Below are positions 63,400 through 64,000 of a DNA stretch of 64,000 bases, piece by piece (positions within the stretch are counted from its first letter, which is position 1; the number at the start of each line of letters is the position of its first letter). The position numbers and the translations under genes were made by a program. The DNA comes from Octopus bimaculoides (taxonomy: Eukaryota): positions 98,065,835 to 98,129,834 of the forward strand of contig NC_068985.1 of NCBI RefSeq assembly GCF_001194135.2, given 5' to 3'. The notes beneath the pieces were generated by a model. It was not told the DNA's origin. It made no database searches and saw nothing but the letters and a program-made list of their open reading frames with translations.

Positions 63400-64000
63400 G
63401 AATTATTGTTCCAACAGAGAGATGAGCTGTGGAAAAGCATATCTAGCTAAAGCAAACCACACATGCTCACCATCCATGAATTTTTGCAGATGTCAAATTT
63501 AATGCATGTATGTGAATCGTCAGCCATGGATAGTTTTGTAAGTCTTTTGAATATGTTGGCTCATGAAGCAAAGAACAGGTATTTCAATTTGGTCAATTGT
63601 AGCCTGAAGGAAGATGCAACAGTCTGGTGGTAATAAATAATGGAGGTATTTTGTCTGTCTTTATGTTCTGAGTTCAAATTCTGCCGAGGTCTTCTTTGCT
63701 TTTATCCTTTTGGGGTCGATAAATTAAGTACCAGTTGCATAATAGAGTCGATCTAATCAACTGACCCCATCCCCAAAACTTTCGAGCCTTGCACCTAGAG
63801 TAGAAAAGAATAAATAATGGAGGTGTTGTGAGCATTCACTTCCTCTGATTTTTCATAGAGAACTTTCTCTCAATTCATTTCTGGATGAGAGTAGCAATCC
63901 TGTTTACAACCACATCTCAGGTTTCTATCCACCTGCCACTCTGGCATTAACCAGACCCTCAGGGACCTTAATCAGGTTGTTGATCCAGCAGTATACACTA
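63400..64000 (+). mobile_element. Possible decayed CR1/L2-group LINE ORF2 (host of the SINE B insertion)
   Basis: Weak motif resemblance (ENFSLNSFLDES); boundaries uncertain. Confidence 0.3.
63648..63808 (+). mobile_element. 5'-truncated SINE family B with 16-bp TSD
   Basis: aataaataatggaggt at 63632-63647 and 63809-63824. Confidence 0.85.

Overview
AT-rich, microsatellite- and SINE-dense eukaryotic DNA with 11 N-gaps. The repeat families suggest an Octopus draft assembly (inferred from the repeats, not proven). The only host gene I can support is a + strand tweety-family gene (tty/TTYH, five-TM membrane protein). I assembled it by hand from 11 GT-AG exons between 33683 and 61580; splice phases are all compatible and the frame is open for 420 codons. 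The first coding exon was not found, so it lies upstream of the window or in a gap. The rest is intron or intergenic sequence: at least four tRNA-head or RTE-tail SINE-type families (my labels A-E), decayed RTE/CR1/REL LINE fragments, hAT and TTAA-type MITEs, a HINE-like element, minisatellites and simple repeats. Nearly all ORFs in the supplied track are artefacts of repeats or gaps. The most notable items are a 578-bp intronic foldback hairpin, a stop codon overlapping a perfect splice donor after a PPPY motif (giving a -SYL PDZ-type end), a diverged 200-bp direct repeat around that exon, and several well-resolved nested or inverted TE insertions. I found no evidence for a new multi-gene system.
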